A DNA stretch of 64,000 nt from contig CAVVLO010000005.1 of NCBI GenBank assembly GCA_963749155.1, positions 384,001 to 448,000 of the forward strand. The letters run 5' to 3'. Source of the stretch: an uncultured Armatimonadia bacterium. GTDB lineage: Bacteria; Armatimonadota; Zipacnadia; CAVVLO01. The translations under genes were made by a program, and so were the position numbers. Shown one piece after another: positions 37,864-48,038 of this stretch; position 1 is the first letter of the stretch; each line of letters starts with the position of its first letter. The notes beneath the pieces were generated by a model, which ran no database searches, was not told the origin of the DNA, and worked only from the letters and a program-made list of their open reading frames with translations.

Positions 37864-39108
37864 TCAGGAAACCACCTGGGCCGACGGGGCGGCCTTCTCG
37901 ATCAAGCCCTGCGTGTCGAGGGCGATCATTAGTTCTTCGTTGGTAGGGATGGCAAGGATCCGCGCGCGCGTCCCGGCTTTCGAGACAATCCGCTGCCCGC
38001 GCTCCTCGTTGAGGGCTGGGTCTATCTCGAGCCCCAGATATTCGAGTCCCTCGCAGATACGCGCCCTGATATAACCGGAGTTCTCCCCGATGCCACCTGT
38101 AAAGACGACCGCATCGAGCCCTCCCAGCGCTGCGACATAGGAACCGATATACTTGCGCACTCGGTAGCAGAACATATCCAGAGCCAGTTCGCAGCGCTCA
38201 TTGCCCTCGGCGGCCAGGTCCAGGATATCTCGCATATCGGTATAACCGCCGGTCAGAGCCAGCAGTCCGCTTTTCTTGTTCATTACCGTGTCGAATTCGG
38301 CGGGGGACATACCCGTCTTCTGCATTATGAAGGGCGGGATGGCCGGATCGATATCGCCGCACCGAGTACCCATTATCAGGCCTTCGACAGGCGTCGTGCC
38401 CATCGAGGTGTCGATGCTGACCCCGCCTTTGACGGCGGCGACGCTGCCTCCGTTGCCCAGATGCACGGTGATGAGCTTCGATTCGTGGGCAGGTACGCCC
38501 AGCTCTTCAAGCAGCTCCATCGCCTGCATCGCAACATACCGATGCGAGGTGCCATGGAAACCATACCGCCTGATGCCATACTTCTCGTAATACTCATCCG
38601 GCAGTGCATAGCGCCAGGCGCGTTCGGGCATCCTGGCGTGGAAAGCAGTGTCGAAGATGGCGCTCTGCGGGACGCCAGGCAGCAATTCCATTGCCGCGCG
38701 GATACCCTGCAGGTTGGCCGGGTTGTGCAAAGGACTAAGTGAGAAATAGGATTCGATGACCTGGATTAGCGCCTCGTCCACCAGCACTGGATCGGCGACC
38801 TTCTCGCCGCCATGAACGACCCGGTGGCCTACAGCTCCTATCTCGCAGATGTCATCGAGTACGCCGACTTCGGGATCAACGAGCATCTCGAAAATGCGCG
38901 CTATGGCGTCTTTATGGGTTGCGCCATCTACTTTCTTCTCGACCTTCGCCCCGCCGGCTGGCTTGTAGTCCAAATCCTGCTCGCCATGGGCCGCAACAGC
39001 CACTCGCTCGACCTTGCCTTCAGCCAGAGGATCGGCTGCCGCGCCATTCAATTTGAAAAGCTTGTATTTCACGGACGAACTGCCACAATTTAGAACGAGG
39101 ATCTTCAT
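37864..39108 (-). CDS. ackA: Acetate kinase (canonical)
   Basis: NCGSSSVKY, GHRVVHGG, PLHNP, FDTAFH, YGFHGTSH, MGTRCGD. Confidence 0.97.
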   Translation of the reverse strand: MKILVLNCGSSSVKYKLFKLNGAAADPLAEGKVERVAVAAHGEQDLDYKPAGGAKVEKKVDGATHKDAIARIFEMLVDPEVGVLDDICEIGAVGHRVVHGGEKVADPVLVDEALIQVIESYFSLSPLHNPANLQGIRAAMELLPGVPQSAIFDTAFHARMPERAWRYALPDEYYEKYGIRRYGFHGTSHRYVAMQAMELLEELGVPAHESKLITVHLGNGGSVAAVKGGVSIDTSMGTTPVEGLIMGTRCGDIDPAIPPFIMQKTGMSPAEFDTVMNKKSGLLALTGGYTDMRDILDLAAEGNERCELALDMFCYRVRKYIGSYVAALGGLDAVVFTGGIGENSGYIRARICEGLEYLGLEIDPALNEERGQRIVSKAGTRARILAIPTNEELMIALDTQGLIEKAAPSAQVVS

Positions 39109-39142
39109 CTGTAATTGCACCTTTTTCTGTCTGATGGAGCGG

Positions 39143-40144
39143 CTAGTTGGCAGTCGCCTGGGCGACGGTGATAGCCACGGCATTCACGATATCTTCGACA
39201 CTGCAACCGCGCGAGAGGTCATTCACCGGCCGGGCGATGCCCTGCAGGATTGGTCCAGTCGCGTCGGCCCTGGCTAGCCGCTGGACCAGCTTGTAAGCGA
39301 TATTGCCAGAGCTAAGTTCAGGGAATATGAGGACGTTCGCTTTGCCAGCGACAGGGCTGCCAGGGGCTTTTGATTCGCCAACCCAGGGCACGATAGCCGC
39401 GTCTACCTGCAATTCGCCATCGAGCAGAAGCCCAGGTTCGCGCTCTTTGGCGATGCGAGTGGCTTCTACAACTTTTTCTGTCAGTACTGAATTGGCGCTG
39501 CCCTTGGTCGAATAGGAGAGCATGGCGACATAAGGCTCGATACCCAGTAAAGTCTTGCAGGTCTTGGCCGTCGTTATGGCTATCTCGGCCAGCTCTTCGG
39601 CGCTCGGATTCTCGACCAGACCGCTGTCCGCAAAGAAGAAAGTCCCGTTGTTGCCGTATTCGCAGTCAGGCACTTCCATAAGGAAGAAAGCCGAAACCAG
39701 CTTGCAGCCAGGCGCGGTGCGGAGGATCTGCAGGGCGGGCCGCACGGTGTCAGCAGTCGAGTGGATAGCGCCCGAGACCTGCCCATTGGCCCGGCCAGCC
39801 TTCACGTGCAGGCAACCAAAATAAAGTTCGTCCTGGGCGATCTCGCGGGCTTGCTCGGGGGTCATGCCTTTGGACTTGCGCAGTTCATAGAGGAGGGCAG
39901 AATACTCGTCGAGGAGGGGAGAAGTTGCTGGGTTGATAATTTCAATGCCATCGAGGGAAACTGCTTCCTGCCTGGCTAGCTCCCCGATTTTGGCCTCGTC
40001 ACCTACCAGCACAATTCGCGCTAGTCGCTCATCCTCGCAGATACGCGCCGCCTTCAGCGTCCGCTCGTCCGACGCTTCAGGCAGCATCACCGTCATTTCG
40101 ACGCTCTGGGCAAGCGCCTTAATCTTGTCGATAGCTTTCTCCAT
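39143..40144 (-). CDS. pta: Phosphate acetyltransferase
   Basis: LPEASDER, LSYSTKGS, DGELQVDAA, NDLSRGC. Confidence 0.96.
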   Translation of the reverse strand: MEKAIDKIKALAQSVEMTVMLPEASDERTLKAARICEDERLARIVLVGDEAKIGELARQEAVSLDGIEIINPATSPLLDEYSALLYELRKSKGMTPEQAREIAQDELYFGCLHVKAGRANGQVSGAIHSTADTVRPALQILRTAPGCKLVSAFFLMEVPDCEYGNNGTFFFADSGLVENPSAEELAEIAITTAKTCKTLLGIEPYVAMLSYSTKGSANSVLTEKVVEATRIAKEREPGLLLDGELQVDAAIVPWVGESKAPGSPVAGKANVLIFPELSSGNIAYKLVQRLARADATGPILQGIARPVNDLSRGCSVEDIVNAVAITVAQATAN

Positions 40145-40151
40145 GGGAGAC

Positions 40152-40664
40152 CTAGTCCTCCTCTTCGAGGTTATCTTCTTCAGCAGCTTCCTCGGAGGAG
40201 GGTTCAAGCCCCTCGTCTTCCTCGGGTCGGAGCCGCGTCTTGGCTTTTTCAAGGGCATCGGCCACGGCTTCGGCCTTGCGGCTTAGCCGGTCGAACAACT
40301 CATAAGACCATTCCTGGGCGGCGAGCCGGATCTCGGCGGCCTCGTCTCGTGCCTGCTCGAGTATGCGCGAGGCCTCGGCTTCGGCGGCGAGGGTAACTTC
40401 GTGCTCGTCCACAAGCCTGCGTCCTTCGGCCTTGGAACGCGCGATTATGTCATCGGCTTTTTGCTGAGCCTCGGCCAGTACTTCCTCCTGGCGAGTCATA
40501 AGCTCCTGGGCATCGCGCAACTCCAGGGGAAGACTCTGCCGCAGCTTGCGCGTCAGGTCGAAGAAGTCCCCCTCTTTCACCATAAACCGCTTGAACAACG
40601 GCAGATGGGGCGAGCCGTCAACCATTCGCTCTATCGCATCGAGTGCTCTGTATACATCGGACAT
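40152..40664 (-). CDS. Coiled-coil conserved hypothetical protein (type usually found downstream of coaD)
   Basis: LRQSLPLEL...AQQKADDII; helical and acidic; position after coaD. Confidence 0.7.
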   Translation of the reverse strand: MSDVYRALDAIERMVDGSPHLPLFKRFMVKEGDFFDLTRKLRQSLPLELRDAQELMTRQEEVLAEAQQKADDIIARSKAEGRRLVDEHEVTLAAEAEASRILEQARDEAAEIRLAAQEWSYELFDRLSRKAEAVADALEKAKTRLRPEEDEGLEPSSEEAAEEDNLEEED

Positions 40665-40668
40665 AGTC

Positions 40669-41190
40669 TCACTCCCCCGGTGAAGCTTGGCTTGGCTGGT
40701 ACCTCAAACGGACCGCCGCTTCCACGTTGGCCGGCACAAAGGCAGCAATCGGCCCACCCAGAGCCGCTACTTCCTTCACCAGGCTAGAGCTCAGGAAGGC
40801 GTGTTCTGGGCTGGTCATCATAAATACTGTATCCATATCTGGCGCCAGTTGTCGGTTCATCAGCGCCATCTGAAACTCGTATTCGAAGTCGCTTATCGCG
40901 CGCAGCCCTCTGATTATAACCTTTGCTCCGGCAGTTTTGGCAAATCGGACCAAAAGTCCCGAGAATAATCTCACTTCGACCTGGGGCAAGTTGGCTGTTG
41001 CCTCTTTGATGAAAGCCAGTCGTTCCTCGGCAGTGAACAATTGCTTCTTGGAGGGGGTTTCGACCACCGCCACCAGCACCTTGTCGAATACCTCGCAGGC
41101 CCTTTGCAGGATGTCGAGATGCCCAAAGGTAACCGGATCGAAGGTACCGGCATATACGGCTATACTTGGTTTATGTGCAGCCCCCATCAC
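40669..41190 (-). CDS. coaD: Phosphopantetheine adenylyltransferase
   Basis: GTFDPVTFGHLD, RGLRAISDFEYE, SSSLVKE. Confidence 0.97.
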   Translation of the reverse strand: MMGAAHKPSIAVYAGTFDPVTFGHLDILQRACEVFDKVLVAVVETPSKKQLFTAEERLAFIKEATANLPQVEVRLFSGLLVRFAKTAGAKVIIRGLRAISDFEYEFQMALMNRQLAPDMDTVFMMTSPEHAFLSSSLVKEVAALGGPIAAFVPANVEAAVRLRYQPSQASPGE

Positions 41191-41744
41191 TGGTCTCCCT
41201 TGGCATAAAAGGCAAAAACTGCCCCTGTAGCGGGCATTGTCCGACGCAGATTAAACTCTCCAAGTGACTCGGGCGCCAGGTTTGCTGCCTCGAGTTGCAG
41301 CACAATCATCCCATCGTCCGCCACCGGCGAATATTTGCTTATTAGTTCGGCGATTAACTCGATAAAGCCTTCCTGATAAGGGGGATCGGCGAACAGCACA
41401 TCGGCCTTTAGCCCTCGCCCTGCCATCTGGCGCGCAGCCACCCTTATATCTTTCAGCCAGCACTCGCCTTGTTCCTGCAAGCCCAGGGCCTTCAAATTGG
41501 CGAGCAAGGTGAAAAAACAACCCTTGTTGGCCTCGACGAACAAGACCTTGGCCGCACCTCTTGAGAGCGCTTCCAATCCTACAGCCCCTGTTCCTGCGCA
41601 CCAGTCCACAAAAAAGGCGTCCGCTACGAAGGCGCCCATCGAGTCGAAAAGCGCCGCCCTGGCCCGCCCGCTGGTCGGCCTGGCCTTCCCGCAGCCTTCG
41701 GCTGAGAGCTGTCTGCCTTTCGATTTTCCAGAGATAATCCGCAT
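41187..41744 (-). CDS. rsmD: 16S rRNA m2G966 methyltransferase
   Basis: MRIISG, RPT, GTGAVGLEALSRGA, DPPY. Confidence 0.92.
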   Translation of the reverse strand: MRIISGKSKGRQLSAEGCGKARPTSGRARAALFDSMGAFVADAFFVDWCAGTGAVGLEALSRGAAKVLFVEANKGCFFTLLANLKALGLQEQGECWLKDIRVAARQMAGRGLKADVLFADPPYQEGFIELIAELISKYSPVADDGMIVLQLEAANLAPESLGEFNLRRTMPATGAVFAFYAKGDQ

Positions 41745-41809
41745 TGGCCTCAAACTAGTGGGGGTGGGGGGGTAATACCCCCGCGTTTTTCCGCCCTTAT
41801 TATTACCTT

Positions 41810-44170
41810 CTAGTTACTCGAAGCAAGCCGTGCCAGGCGCAATTGCTGTGCTTCCAGCAGTCGCTTCAGCCCCGCGTGTTCGGGAGCGGCAAGCTCCGGA
41901 TCGGCCTCAATCAGGTCGAAGGCCTGCTCTCTTGCGCTTCTGAGCAGTTGGGTATCCTCGAAGAGATTGGCTATTTTCAGGTCCGGCAGCCCATGCTGTT
42001 TCGTTCCAAAGAACTCGCCTGGCCCGCGCAGCTCCAAATCCAGCTCCGCCAGCTTGAACCCGTCGGTATATTTCTCAAGCGCCCTCAGGCGCGTCCGGGA
42101 TTCCTCCGAACGCAGGTCGCTGACAAGCAGGCAATAAGACTTGCTTGCTCCCCGGCCAACGCGACCGCGCAACTGATGAAGCTGCGCCAGCCCGAAGCGT
42201 TCCGCGTTCTCGACGACCATCACGGTGGCGTTTGGTACGTCCACCCCGACCTCGATGACGGTGGTGGAGACCAGCGCGCGAAGCTCTCCCGACCGGAAAC
42301 GCTCCATTACCGCCTGGCGTTCAGCGGTAGGCAGCCGGCCATGGGCGAGTCCCACTTCGAAGCCTTTCAGATAGGTCGCCGAGAGTTTTTCGGCAAGTTC
42401 TGTAGCGGCCTCGGCTTCCAGCGCGTCGGAGCCCTCGATGAGCGGGCAGACGATGAAGGCCTGTTCGCCTTCCTGCAGTCGCTCGACAACGAACGCGTAA
42501 GCATACCGCCTGTCACCAAGAGAGTAAAGTTTAGTTTCGACAGGTTTTCGGCCTGCGGGTAGCTCGTCCAGGGTGGATACGTCCAGGTCGCCGTAAACGG
42601 TGAGAGCAAGCGTCCGCGGTATGGGCGTTGCCGACATCGCCAGCATATGCGGAGCGCCTCCCTTCGAGCGCAAGGCCTCGCGCTGCGCAACGCCAAATCG
42701 GTGCTGCTCATCCACAACCAGCAGGCCCAGATTGGCGAACTCGACCTGCTTCTGAAACAGCGCGTGGGTGCCGATAGCGACGTCCAGTTTACCCTCTGCC
42801 AGAGCTGTCAGCAGTCGCTTGCGCTCTGCCTGAGGTTGGCTGCCGGTCAGCAAGGCAAAAGTGAGCCCAGCTTTTTCCAGCAGGTCGGCAAGCGACCTGG
42901 CGTGCTGCTCGGCCAGCAGTTCGGTTGGCGCCATTATCGCCGACTGGAAGCCATTGTGGGCTGCCAGCAGCATCGCTGCACAAGCGACCAGCGTCTTGCC
43001 CGAGCCGACATCGCCGTGCAGGAGCCGGTTCATCGGATGGGGCGAACACATATCTCGTGACAGGTCGTTGACGGCCCGTTTCTGCGCGTTGGTAAGCTGG
43101 AAGGGCAACAAGGCCTTCAGCTTCTGGCGAAATCCCTCGTCCAGCTTGAAAACAGGACTCTCGGGGGTTCTTGCTTCCTGCCGGCGTCTGGCCACCACAA
43201 GCTGCAGAATCAGCAATTCTTCGAAAGCAAGTCGCTTGCGGGCTTGCTCCTTGTCCAGGAAGGAATCTGGGTAGTGGATTTGCCTGAGCGCCGGGGCCAG
43301 GGGCACCAGTTTCTCTTCGGCAAGCAGCCTGAGAGGGAAGGGCTCTTCCACCTGGGGCAGCGCGCGCTCGAGGGCTTGCCAGGCAAGTTTGCGTACCAGC
43401 CACTGCCCAAGCCCCTTCGTAAGACCGTAGACTGGCACGATGCGGCCAATGGAGAGCGAATCTTCCTCGCGCACCAGCTCGCATTCAGGCGCCGATAGCT
43501 CTGTTATGCCGCCGTAGGCCCGGGCTTTTCCATAACAATAAAGGCGCGCCCCGACCTTGAACTGGCCTTGCCTGAAGCTCTGGTTGAACCAGACCAGATA
43601 ACCTCGCCCCGAGGCATCGGCGATGGGTACTTTGGTTATGCTCTTGCCGCCTCTGATGCGCTGGGTTTCGCCCTCGCCGGTCACCTCGACGCAGACCGGC
43701 TGCTTCATCCCCGAGCGCAAATCGGCAAGTCGCGCCAGGCTGGTTCGATCTTCGTGCCGGAGGGGATAATAACGTAAGAGGTCGCCGACCGTCGCCAGGC
43801 CCAGCGGTTCGAGAAGGCTTACTCTTTTGCCCACGCCGAATAATTCGGTGAGAGGAGCTTCTGGGGAGAGCGGGGCTCCAGCACGGAACTCGGCTTTCGG
43901 GTCGGCGGCCTCCGGATCCAGCCAGCGTATCAATCCGTTAAGCAACTTGCGCCGTTCGGGCAAGGTCAGGTGAGCATAATTTTTCAATTGCTCGAGGGCT
44001 TTCTCGCACCGGTCTTCAGGCAATCCTGCTGCTAGTAAAGCTGTTCTCGCCTGGCTGGCAAGCGCCGCGAAACCGCCAGCGACGGCGCTGTCGTTGCATC
44101 CCAGGGCTCGTTCGCGCAGCGCCGCGTCGAGCACCAGGTCAGGCTCGGATTGTGGCTGCTCGGTTGCCAT
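41810..44170 (-). CDS. recG: ATP-dependent DNA helicase RecG
   Basis: GDVGSGKT, DEQHRFG, SATPIPRT, QLRGRVGR, LRGPGE. Confidence 0.97.
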   Translation of the reverse strand: MATEQPQSEPDLVLDAALRERALGCNDSAVAGGFAALASQARTALLAAGLPEDRCEKALEQLKNYAHLTLPERRKLLNGLIRWLDPEAADPKAEFRAGAPLSPEAPLTELFGVGKRVSLLEPLGLATVGDLLRYYPLRHEDRTSLARLADLRSGMKQPVCVEVTGEGETQRIRGGKSITKVPIADASGRGYLVWFNQSFRQGQFKVGARLYCYGKARAYGGITELSAPECELVREEDSLSIGRIVPVYGLTKGLGQWLVRKLAWQALERALPQVEEPFPLRLLAEEKLVPLAPALRQIHYPDSFLDKEQARKRLAFEELLILQLVVARRRQEARTPESPVFKLDEGFRQKLKALLPFQLTNAQKRAVNDLSRDMCSPHPMNRLLHGDVGSGKTLVACAAMLLAAHNGFQSAIMAPTELLAEQHARSLADLLEKAGLTFALLTGSQPQAERKRLLTALAEGKLDVAIGTHALFQKQVEFANLGLLVVDEQHRFGVAQREALRSKGGAPHMLAMSATPIPRTLALTVYGDLDVSTLDELPAGRKPVETKLYSLGDRRYAYAFVVERLQEGEQAFIVCPLIEGSDALEAEAATELAEKLSATYLKGFEVGLAHGRLPTAERQAVMERFRSGELRALVSTTVIEVGVDVPNATVMVVENAERFGLAQLHQLRGRVGRGASKSYCLLVSDLRSEESRTRLRALEKYTDGFKLAELDLELRGPGEFFGTKQHGLPDLKIANLFEDTQLLRSAREQAFDLIEADPELAAPEHAGLKRLLEAQQLRLARLASSN

Positions 44171-44250
44171 ATTTGCTGCAAGGGAAGGTACACATCGAAC
44201 GCCGCTCGGTCAAGCGGGAACCTGGCGCGGGCGTTCGCTTCCTTCTGGGG

Positions 44251-44762
44251 GTGTCTCGGGAGCTTGCTCCCGAGACTCTAATTAGGTGCTCGAAGAAGGC
44301 TGGGCGGGTCTCAGACCCGCCCCTACTAAAGAGCCGATGGACCGAAAGAAGCCTTTTGTGGAGCAAGCGCTCAAAACGCCTATATGGCCCAAGCTTCCTT
44401 TGCGCTGTAATGCCTCAGATGTAGGGGCGGGTCTGAGACCCGCCCAGCTGACCTGTTCCGGGCCAACGCCCATGGTTTCGGGAGTCTCCGCTCCCGAAAC
44501 CTTAAGGTTTTATGTAGGGGCGGGTCTGAGACCCGCCCAGCTTAAAAGAACCAAGTGCCAGTGCGAAAGGCAAGGGCGGGCTATGCCCGCCGGGTGGAGA
44601 GCCAAAGGCGAAAAACAAGGGCGGGCTGACGCCCGCCAATTTATGGGAAAAGCTTAAGGCTGAAGTGCCAAGGCATAAAGGCGCGGGGGCATCGCCCCCG
44701 CCCCCCCGCTAGTTGGCAATCTCAGGCGCTGGAAGGTTTCGGGAGCAAAGTTCCCGAGACAC
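44251..44762. repeat. Cluster of REP-like palindromes with inverted terminal units
   Basis: GTAGGGGCGGGTCTGAGACCCGCCCAG at 44421-44447 and 44514-44540, inverted at 44300-44326; TCGGGAG...TCCCGA hairpins at about 44251-44276, 44474-44501 and 44736-44762. Confidence 0.85.
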
Positions 44763-44812
44763 GCGAGAACCTGGCGTGGCCGGAAGCGTCTATATAAGAA
44801 AAAGGAGCTTCT

Positions 44813-47800
44813 ATGGCCAACTCACAATTTCGGCTTTGGCTTGGTATTTGCCTGCTCCTCCTGTTGCTTGCCTCCTGGCAGGCCTTTCCTGCCGTTGTCG
44901 GCCGGTCGCTGGACGATGGCCGCTTGGCTTTTTATCCCCCTGTCGTGGGCGCCTGGGCGGATGAATACACTGACCTCGTGAGCTTCGACTGGAGCGGGGC
45001 AACTTCCGCCGAAGCGCTTTCTATCACCCTCTGGGATATGCACGGCGGGATTTTCGAATATTCCACCCAGCTTGAAGGTCGCGCGGCGCCCGAAGATTCC
45101 GAAGTAGAAGTCCCTCTGTCAGCTTTCCGCCGGACTGGTCAAAGCTCTGCGGCCTCCTTTAACGCGGTGGATCCGCGTTGTATCTCTTTTGTGGCGGCTT
45201 ATGATCCCTCGGGTAAAGATGATTTTTCAGGCGAACTCGAATTTATCCAGTCTGGCGCCAGTTGGGGAAGGCAGCTGAGCTCCCGGCTGAGCCTGGCGCA
45301 TAACCTGGCTGCCAGGCATGGAGCGCGCGGACTCAATTTTCAAGACGCTGAAGACGCGCTGCGCAAGGGAGATCTGTCGCGGGCGGATTCGCTTTCCAGT
45401 GACCTGCGTGACGCTTTACGCGACCTGGATGAGGCGCTAGAACGACTCGAACGCACCAGGTTTGCTCTGGAGTCGCTTGGAGGCGCTTCTGGACGCCGCC
45501 TTGGACCGCTGCAGGAGATACGCCAGCTCAACTCCGAACTCGGTCGAGACTTGAACCAGGCACGGACTCCTTCAGCAATCGGGGCCGTAGTGCGCCAAAT
45601 CGACGCTGTGCAACGCCAGGGCGATTCAGCGCTTGCAGAAATCCTGGGCGCTCCGCTTCAAGAGGGAGTCTCCTATCGCGGCTTTGGCCACTTCGGCTGG
45701 AGCGTCACAAGCGGCGCCCAGTGGTGCAATTTCACAGGCGAGGGGCTTGCCCTCACCAGCCCAGGCAAGCCACGCTTCGAGCTGGTGTTTGGCGTGCCAG
45801 GCGCTGAGCGCGCGCCTTCCGACTTCGAGACCGACCGGCTGCCTGATTTCCTGCCCGCGGGCGAAACTGTCAGCTTCGACTGGCGTTGGCCTGGTTACAA
45901 GGACGCTTCCGCCGACTGGACTACCGCCAAGCTCCGCTGGAATTACGAAGTGGCCGGAGGCTCGGTGCCGCTCTCGCTGACCTGGGGCGAGCTTGCCCCT
46001 GGCGCTTTGCTCTCGACCGAGGCTGCCTCGCTTGAGTTCTCGGCGCGCGGGGCAGGAAGCCCGCTTTCCGAAATCCTGATTCCCGCGGCTCAGGGCCTTG
46101 TGCGACTGCCTGCCGCAAGCCTTGCCAGCTACAATCCGGCCGCGCTGGCTGCTGGCTGGATTATCGCGCTATGGGGCAGCGGCCCTTCCGCGCAGCCGGT
46201 GCAGTTGGTATTTCAACATCGCCCGCTTGCCTTGCGACTGGAAAGAGGCGCCCTGATTGTCGACTGGGCTGGGCCTGCTGGTTATGTGGGCGTAGCGCCT
46301 TTGCCCTGGACCGAGCAGCAAGCCCTGGCCAATGTCGAGATCGTGGCTTCGCTCCTGCGCAACTATCCAGTGCGCTGCATCGAGTGGTTCGTCACCCGGG
46401 AGGATTCGGTCTGGGTACGCGATCAATATGATTATGTGCGCTTCGCTGACGATTTTGGAAGCAAGCCAGTAGACCTCGCGCCCATCCCGCCCTGGGTCAG
46501 CACCGCAATCGCGCGCGGGTTGCCTGTGAGAGTGCTTGCTGAACCGCTGCCGGCTGTTTCCCGGGCAAGTGGGGCCCTTGCCGGTATGTAGAAGCCAACG
46601 CGGTTGAATATACCCTTCCGCTACCTCGGGGCGGTCACTATGTGGCGCTGAGGCCGGCCCGAGACAACAGGCAGAGTCAGGCTCTCGACGACTGGGCGCG
46701 CGACTGGCTGGATGACCAGACAGGCTGGCTTGCAAGCCCGCGGCAGATGCCTCGCGATGTCACGATGGACGGCTGGAGCCAGATCGCCCAGTGCTGGTCT
46801 TTCCTCTCGCAGGGCACGCGCTGGCAATTGCTGGACAAGTGGCCGCGAGCCGCGATGGGGGCGCTCATCCCCGAGTCCTGGCGACTGCGCGTAGAACCGC
46901 TTTCAGGTTCTCAGTATTGGGTCTGCTCCGAATGGGGCAGAATCGAACGGGACGATCAACTCGCGCCCGTAGGGCCTGAGATTGCCCGCGCGCTTTATGG
47001 TCTGGCCGACTTTGCCCGGTATACCGGGCGCTGGGAAGAGCTCGCCGAAAAAGGATACCTCATCGACCGGATGGCTCAGTATATCTCTCGCGCCTCCGGC
47101 TGGGCCGTGCCTGCGCCAGGGGCGCTTGAATCCGGTGAAAGGGTAGACGCCGACACCCTGATCAACTCGTATGGGGCAAGCCTTGCCTACGCCAAGCTGG
47201 CCGCCGCGCTGGGCAAGCAGGAGAAGGCCGACTTCGGCTGGTATCTGGCCGCCCGGCTCTCGATTGCGTTGCTGCTGCGTTTTGAAGGATTTGGCTTCCA
47301 AAGTTATGAGGCTCAGATCGGCCGGCCCGCTTACCATACTGGAATACGATGAACACGCTGGGCCCAGGTCAGTTGGACGCGGCGCCAGCGACCTGCTTAT
47401 GGACCTTCTGGCCGCGCCAACAATCTCGCCGGAAACCGCCGATCTCTATGTCGAAGTAGCGCCTGTCGCGCTCGCCCGGTTGGCAGGCGAGGCGGCTCAA
47501 AGTGGCGGAAGGGGCGAGGATGACCTCTTCTCCTTCCTGGCCGCGCGGTGCGCGCTTTCGGCTTCTCCTGAAGAAGTAGAACCGCTCTTCTCGGCCTGGG
47601 GCACAAAACGTCCCTCCCTCGAGTGGTGGCCCCAATACGCCTGGGCGATGGGCTATCGTGCCCCTGTAAGCCTGTCCGAATGGCTGCCTGGCAGGCTTGA
47701 CGATATGCGCTTTGACCTGGCGACAGGGGGCATCGAGGTGGACGTAAACTCCGAGCTGCCCTTCACCCTCACAGCGCGCCTTCCCGCCTGGCGCAGTCTG

Positions 47801-47905
47801 CGTCCTGTGGGAGGCTCCACTTCGGCCTACAGCCCCTGGGACGATTCGGTAAGGCTGCTTTCGGTGCGGATGTCGGCAGGCCAATACTCTGCAACAGTGC
47901 GTTAA
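44813..47905 (+). CDS. Large secreted hypothetical protein (about 1030 aa); frameshifts near 46570 and 47340
   Basis: AGGAG RBS and signal peptide; three ORFs join end to end (e.g. GPCRYVEANAVEYTLPLPRGGHYVALRP bridges the first break). Confidence 0.6.
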
Positions 47906-47929
47906 TTGCCGCGCCAAAACGCCTTCCGT

Positions 47930-47959
47930 TTGACAAAAGGAAGCCCATACTGCCACAAT
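47930..47959 (+). promoter_or_regulatory. Putative sigma70 promoter of leuA
   Basis: TTGACA followed by TG-extended CACAAT. Confidence 0.5.
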
Positions 47960-48038
47960 CCAGTCAGGACAGGAGGCTTCAAGGCCTTCTGCTCCGTATT
48001 CCAAGGCTGTCGCGCAGCCGAACCAACAGGTGAGAGTG

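Noticed and set aside
44300..44542. CRISPR array
   Set aside because: Only three units, one inverted, with uneven 66-94-nt gaps containing other hairpins, and no cas genes; this fits REP sequences.
44094..44657. Short ORFs with repeated AGLRPA peptides
   Set aside because: They are translations of the palindromic repeats on both strands.
46560..46650. Stop-codon read-through or genetic-code reassignment at the TAG ending at 46591
   Set aside because: The protein continues in a different frame, and TAG, TGA and TAA all end conserved genes normally in this window.
47960..48038. Leucine attenuator or T-box before leuA
   Set aside because: No Leu-rich leader peptide, T-box motif or U-tailed terminator; only two short hairpins.
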